Assembly (NCBI GenBank): GCA_036507075.1
Contig: DASXQR010000083.1
Coordinates: 136,883-200,882 of the forward strand
Reading direction: 5' to 3'
From: Acidobacteriota bacterium
GTDB lineage: Bacteria; Acidobacteriota; UBA6911; JACQSX01
DNA length: 64,000 nucleotides
This document shows, piece by piece, positions 62,962 to 64,000 of the stretch. The number at the start of each line of letters is the position of its first letter. Within the stretch, counting starts at the first letter, position 1. The position numbers and the translations under genes were made by a program. The notes beneath the pieces are model-generated. The model was not told the DNA's origin, ran no database searches, and saw only the letters and a list, made by a program, of their open reading frames with translations.

Positions 62962-63822
62962 TCAGTATCCCCCGGCGCCCGCCTCCCCTTTCACGATCTT
63001 TACACCGGCGCTGGCCCCGATTCGGGTCGCGCCGGCCTCAATCATTTTTTGCGTGATCTCTCTGTCCTTGATGCCGCCGGCCGCTTTTACACCCATCGCC
63101 GATCCGACCACGCGCCGCATTAAAGCGACATCTTCCACTGTCGCTCCACCGGCGGCAAACCCGGTGGAGGTTTTGACAAAATCAGCGCGAGCATCCCTGG
63201 CGAGAATGCAGGCCTTGACCTTTTCATCGTTAGTAAGCAGTACTGCCTCGATAATTACTTTTGTAATCGCTCCATTCGCATGGCAGGCCTCAACCACCGA
63301 CGCGATGTCTTCCTTTACCACAGCATCGCTGCCGCTTTTGAGAGCGCCGACGTTGATCACCATGTCAATCTCGCGTGCCCCGTCGAAGATGGCGCGCCGC
63401 GCCTCAAATGACTTTACATCTGCGGTAGTAGCGCCCAGCGGAAAACCGACAACCGAGCAGACGGCGACCGATGTGGACTTCAGTATGGAATAAGCCTTCG
63501 CAACCCAGGTGGGGTTCACGCACACAGAAGCAAAGCCGAACTGCGCCGCTTCCTGACAAAGTTTGACGATCTGGGACTCGGTCGCATCGGGTTTGAGTAG
63601 AGTGTGGTCGATGTATGCGGCCAGCTCGGAATGAATGGCCGCCTCGGCGCCGGCAGTACCAATTCGCTGGGCGCCGCATTCGATAATGAAGCGCATCCGG
63701 TCGGGACATTGATCGACCGATACGGTATGGCAAGCGCACAACCCCTGGGCACAGCCGGCCTGCGTGCGGCGAAACACCTCTTCTGTGATCTGTTCAATCA
63801 AGCGCCGGTATTCGAGATCCAT
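62962..63822 (-). CDS. deoC: Deoxyribose-phosphate aldolase with Cys-containing N-terminal extension
   Basis: [41 protein letters not shown]. Confidence 0.95.
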   Translation of the reverse strand: MDLEYRRLIEQITEEVFRRTQAGCAQGLCACHTVSVDQCPDRMRFIIECGAQRIGTAGAEAAIHSELAAYIDHTLLKPDATESQIVKLCQEAAQFGFASVCVNPTWVAKAYSILKSTSVAVCSVVGFPLGATTADVKSFEARRAIFDGAREIDMVINVGALKSGSDAVVKEDIASVVEACHANGAITKVIIEAVLLTNDEKVKACILARDARADFVKTSTGFAAGGATVEDVALMRRVVGSAMGVKAAGGIKDREITQKMIEAGATRIGASAGVKIVKGEAGAGGY

Positions 63823-64000
63823 CGGTCAGATTTACAGGTTAAACCAAGCCGATTACGTTCACGACCCTACAGTGACTCTAAGGCCACAACCAAAGAAAGC
63901 ACGTCCGAGTATGCCCGCTATCCGAACCGCGCGCGTAAGCAAGCGGACCATCCGGAGAAAATCGGATTCGAATGAGAAACCGACTTTCTCCGGAGGGTCC

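Overview
A 64-kb core-chromosome window that contains the replication origin (dnaA-oriC-dnaN-recF-gyrB-gyrA). It probably comes from an Acidobacteriota-like bacterium; this is inferred from two secreted VWA-domain proteins, a Ser/Thr kinase fused to a beta-propeller, and an Oar-like TonB-dependent receptor. Gene content is mostly housekeeping: rpsA, rpmE, rpsU, prfA-prmC, a displaced rpmH-rnpA-yidD-yidC-jag block, and scattered nucleoside salvage genes (pdp, punA, cdd, deoB, udk, deoC, two deaminases). There is also a possible cAMP signalling set (CHASE2 cyclase, MscS-cNMP channel, MBL hydrolase, M48 peptidase), a radical SAM / flavin halogenase-like / thioesterase operon, one decayed transposase and one deleted, frameshifted amidohydrolase. 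The most striking signal is non-coding. About 25 gene junctions, including ones inside conserved operons, carry hairpin elements built from short tandem repeats (6-10 nt units) arranged as inverted arrays. Several are nested in layers, homologous copies show arm-to-arm co-variation, and some have invaded coding sequence. No mobilising gene is visible in the window. All calls were made by eye from sequence motifs; no database searches were run.
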